This document shows positions 62,841 through 64,000 of a stretch of 64,000 bases of DNA, piece after piece. The stretch is from Selaginella moellendorffii (Eukaryota; Plantae; Lycopodiophyta). A program made the translations under genes and the position numbers. Positions within the stretch are counted from its first letter, which is position 1. The number at the start of each line of letters is the position of its first letter. The stretch spans positions 323,090 to 387,089 of the forward strand of contig NW_003314316.1 of assembly GCF_000143415.4 (NCBI RefSeq), written 5' to 3'. A model generated the notes under the pieces. It ran no database searches. It saw nothing but the letters and a program-made list of their open reading frames with translations, and was not told the origin of the DNA.

Positions 62841-63433
62841 TGTAAGCAACCAAAGGGAACGACTCGAGAGACGATCCATGGGGTTCAAATATAGAGGGAA
62901 AGGGCCCATGAATAAGAGTGCACCCCCTTTTTCAATCGGTTAAGGGTTTTGGGATACTTGGGGTTAAGCGTCCTTGGGTTTGAATAGTACTGGGTTGGGT
63001 GACCTCCTGGGAAGTCCAAACTCAGGAGCTTACATTTGGTATCAGAGTGGTCTCGGGTCCGACTCTGTTGGTTGGCTAGGGGAATCACACCACATGTTGA
63101 TTGACATCTGGCTGGTCCAGTTTGCTCCCACTGGGCTCGACCCGAGGGGTAGGGTGTCAAGAGAGCGGGGCTCTCGGGAGAGTTGCGGCTCTCAGCTTCC
63201 GTTCACGAGGGCGTGAACTTGCAGGGAAGCGTGGTGGATTGTAAGCAACCAAAGGGAACGACTCGAGAGACGATCCATGGGGTTCAAATATAAAGGGAAA
63301 GGGCCCATGAATAAGAGTGCACCCCTTTTTTCAATCGGTTAAGGGTCTTGGGATACTTGGGGTTAAGCGTCCTTGGGTTTGAATAGTACTGGGCTGGGTG
63401 ACCTCCCGGGAAGTCCAAACTCAGGAGCTTACA
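62841..63433 (+). mobile_element. Complete Cassandra TRIM retrotransposon (593 bp)
   Basis: 194-bp LTRs 62841-63034 and 63240-63433 (TGTAAGC...GCTTACA, about 5 differences), PBS TGGTATCAGAG (tRNA-iMet type) at 63037, purine-rich PPT before LTR2, TSD CCAGG/CCGGG, and a 5S-derived core in each LTR. Confidence 0.95.
62963..63017 (+). promoter_or_regulatory. 5S rRNA-derived Pol III internal control region (A-box/IE/C-box) in Cassandra LTR1; second copy 63362-63416
   Basis: GTTAAGCGTCCTTGGG...TAGTACTGGGTTGGGTGACCTCCTGGGAAGTCC matches the plant 5S segment GTTAAGCGTGCTTGGG...TAGTACTAGGATGGGTGACCTCCTGGGAAGTCC. Confidence 0.9.
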
Positions 63434-63506
63434 CCGGGGAGGCTAACTTAGGCACACCGCTAAGTGGGGGGATGCCCCCGGAGACATGGTCAACAAGTCG
63501 TAGGAT

Positions 63507-63560
63507 GAAAAAGAGACGTTCGATGTGGGCATCGAAAAAGAGACGTTCGATGTGGGCATC
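63507..63560 (+). repeat. Perfect 27-bp tandem duplication upstream of the PPT
   Basis: GAAAAAGAGACGTTCGATGTGGGCATC twice. Confidence 0.95.
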
Positions 63561-63669
63561 GAACTTCTTTTATGGGAGGTGGAGTTGTAAGGAACCAACT
63601 TGCCGAGGTGTCGTAGGCTAAAGGAACCCCGAAAGCATGACCAAAATGATAAAGAGTTCATCGGATGGG

Positions 63670-63925
63670 ACCAAGTCTGAGATCGAGTCCAAGACCGACT
63701 CTGAGACCGAGTTCGAGATAGAGTCCAGAATCAAGTCCGAGGCCGACTCGGAGACCAAGTTCAAGACCGAGTTCGAGACCGAGTTCGAGACGGAGTCCGA
63801 GATCCGAAATCGGGTCCGAGACCGAGTCCGAGGTCGAGCCCGAGGTCGGGTCCGAGATCGAGTCCAAGACCGGATCCGAGATCAAGTCCGAGATCGAGTC
63901 CGAGATCGAGCCAGAAACTAAGTCC
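63670..63925 (+). repeat. Degenerate hexamer array (GAGTCC/GAGACC/GAGATC) in the chromovirus LTR
   Basis: 6-bp periodicity; homologous to 700-945 (minus) and similar to 37720-38240. Confidence 0.9.
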
Positions 63926-64000
63926 AAGTACTAATACGGGTCAAGGGGTGAAAGCCCAAAGCGTGCGTCTCCTAGGGGGCTGGGGGGGGGGGGGGGGGTG

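Larger units (their letters stand above)
59480..64000 (+). mobile_element. 5'-truncated chromovirus (Ty3/gypsy with chromodomain); 3' LTR starts at 63586 and runs off the window
   Basis: RT ([29 protein letters not shown]), RNase H (VETDAS, HEKEL), integrase ([20 protein letters not shown]), chromodomain EEYEVEAIL...VKWKGF...EPEANL; PPT TGGGAGGTGGAGT then TGTAAG; several stops. Confidence 0.92.

Noticed and set aside
62963-63017. Functional 5S rRNA gene
   Set aside because: Only the central ~55 nt matches 5S, and it is embedded in LTRs; called as Cassandra instead.

Overview
Eukaryotic land-plant genomic DNA. Very short introns (about 47-100 nt), a compact gene layout and the gene content point to a lycophyte such as Selaginella (inference). 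1-9.4 kb is AT-rich, decayed repeat sequence with LTR fragments, including a truncated Cassandra (5S-containing) LTR. 9.5-26.1 kb is a dense host-gene block: three Pollen Ole e 1-family genes, an LRR gene, an ETO1/EOL BTB-TPR gene, APE1 (DUF2854), a DUF616 pseudogene, THO3/TEX1 and UBA1. 28-57 kb is a duplicated glyco-enzyme cluster: two GH20 beta-hexosaminidases (one apparently intact) and three GT23/FUT8-like fucosyltransferase copies (all with lesions). That cluster is interleaved with a decayed Ty3/gypsy carrying a 1.75-kb solo LTR, a Haspin kinase gene broken by a young full-length Ty3/gypsy and a hAT element, an intact spliced ORF derived from a P1B heavy-metal ATPase that lacks the ATPase domains, and an HDA14 fragment. 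57-64 kb holds two 5'-truncated Ty3/gypsy elements head to head. The second is a chromovirus with two spliceosomal-type introns inside its integrase and a complete Cassandra TRIM in its 3' UTR. Top leads: the intron-bearing chromovirus and its likely Cassandra passenger, the ATPase-less HMA, the GH20+GT23 cluster, and a hydrophobic N-terminal exon of UBA1. All calls come from reading the sequence by eye; no searches were run.
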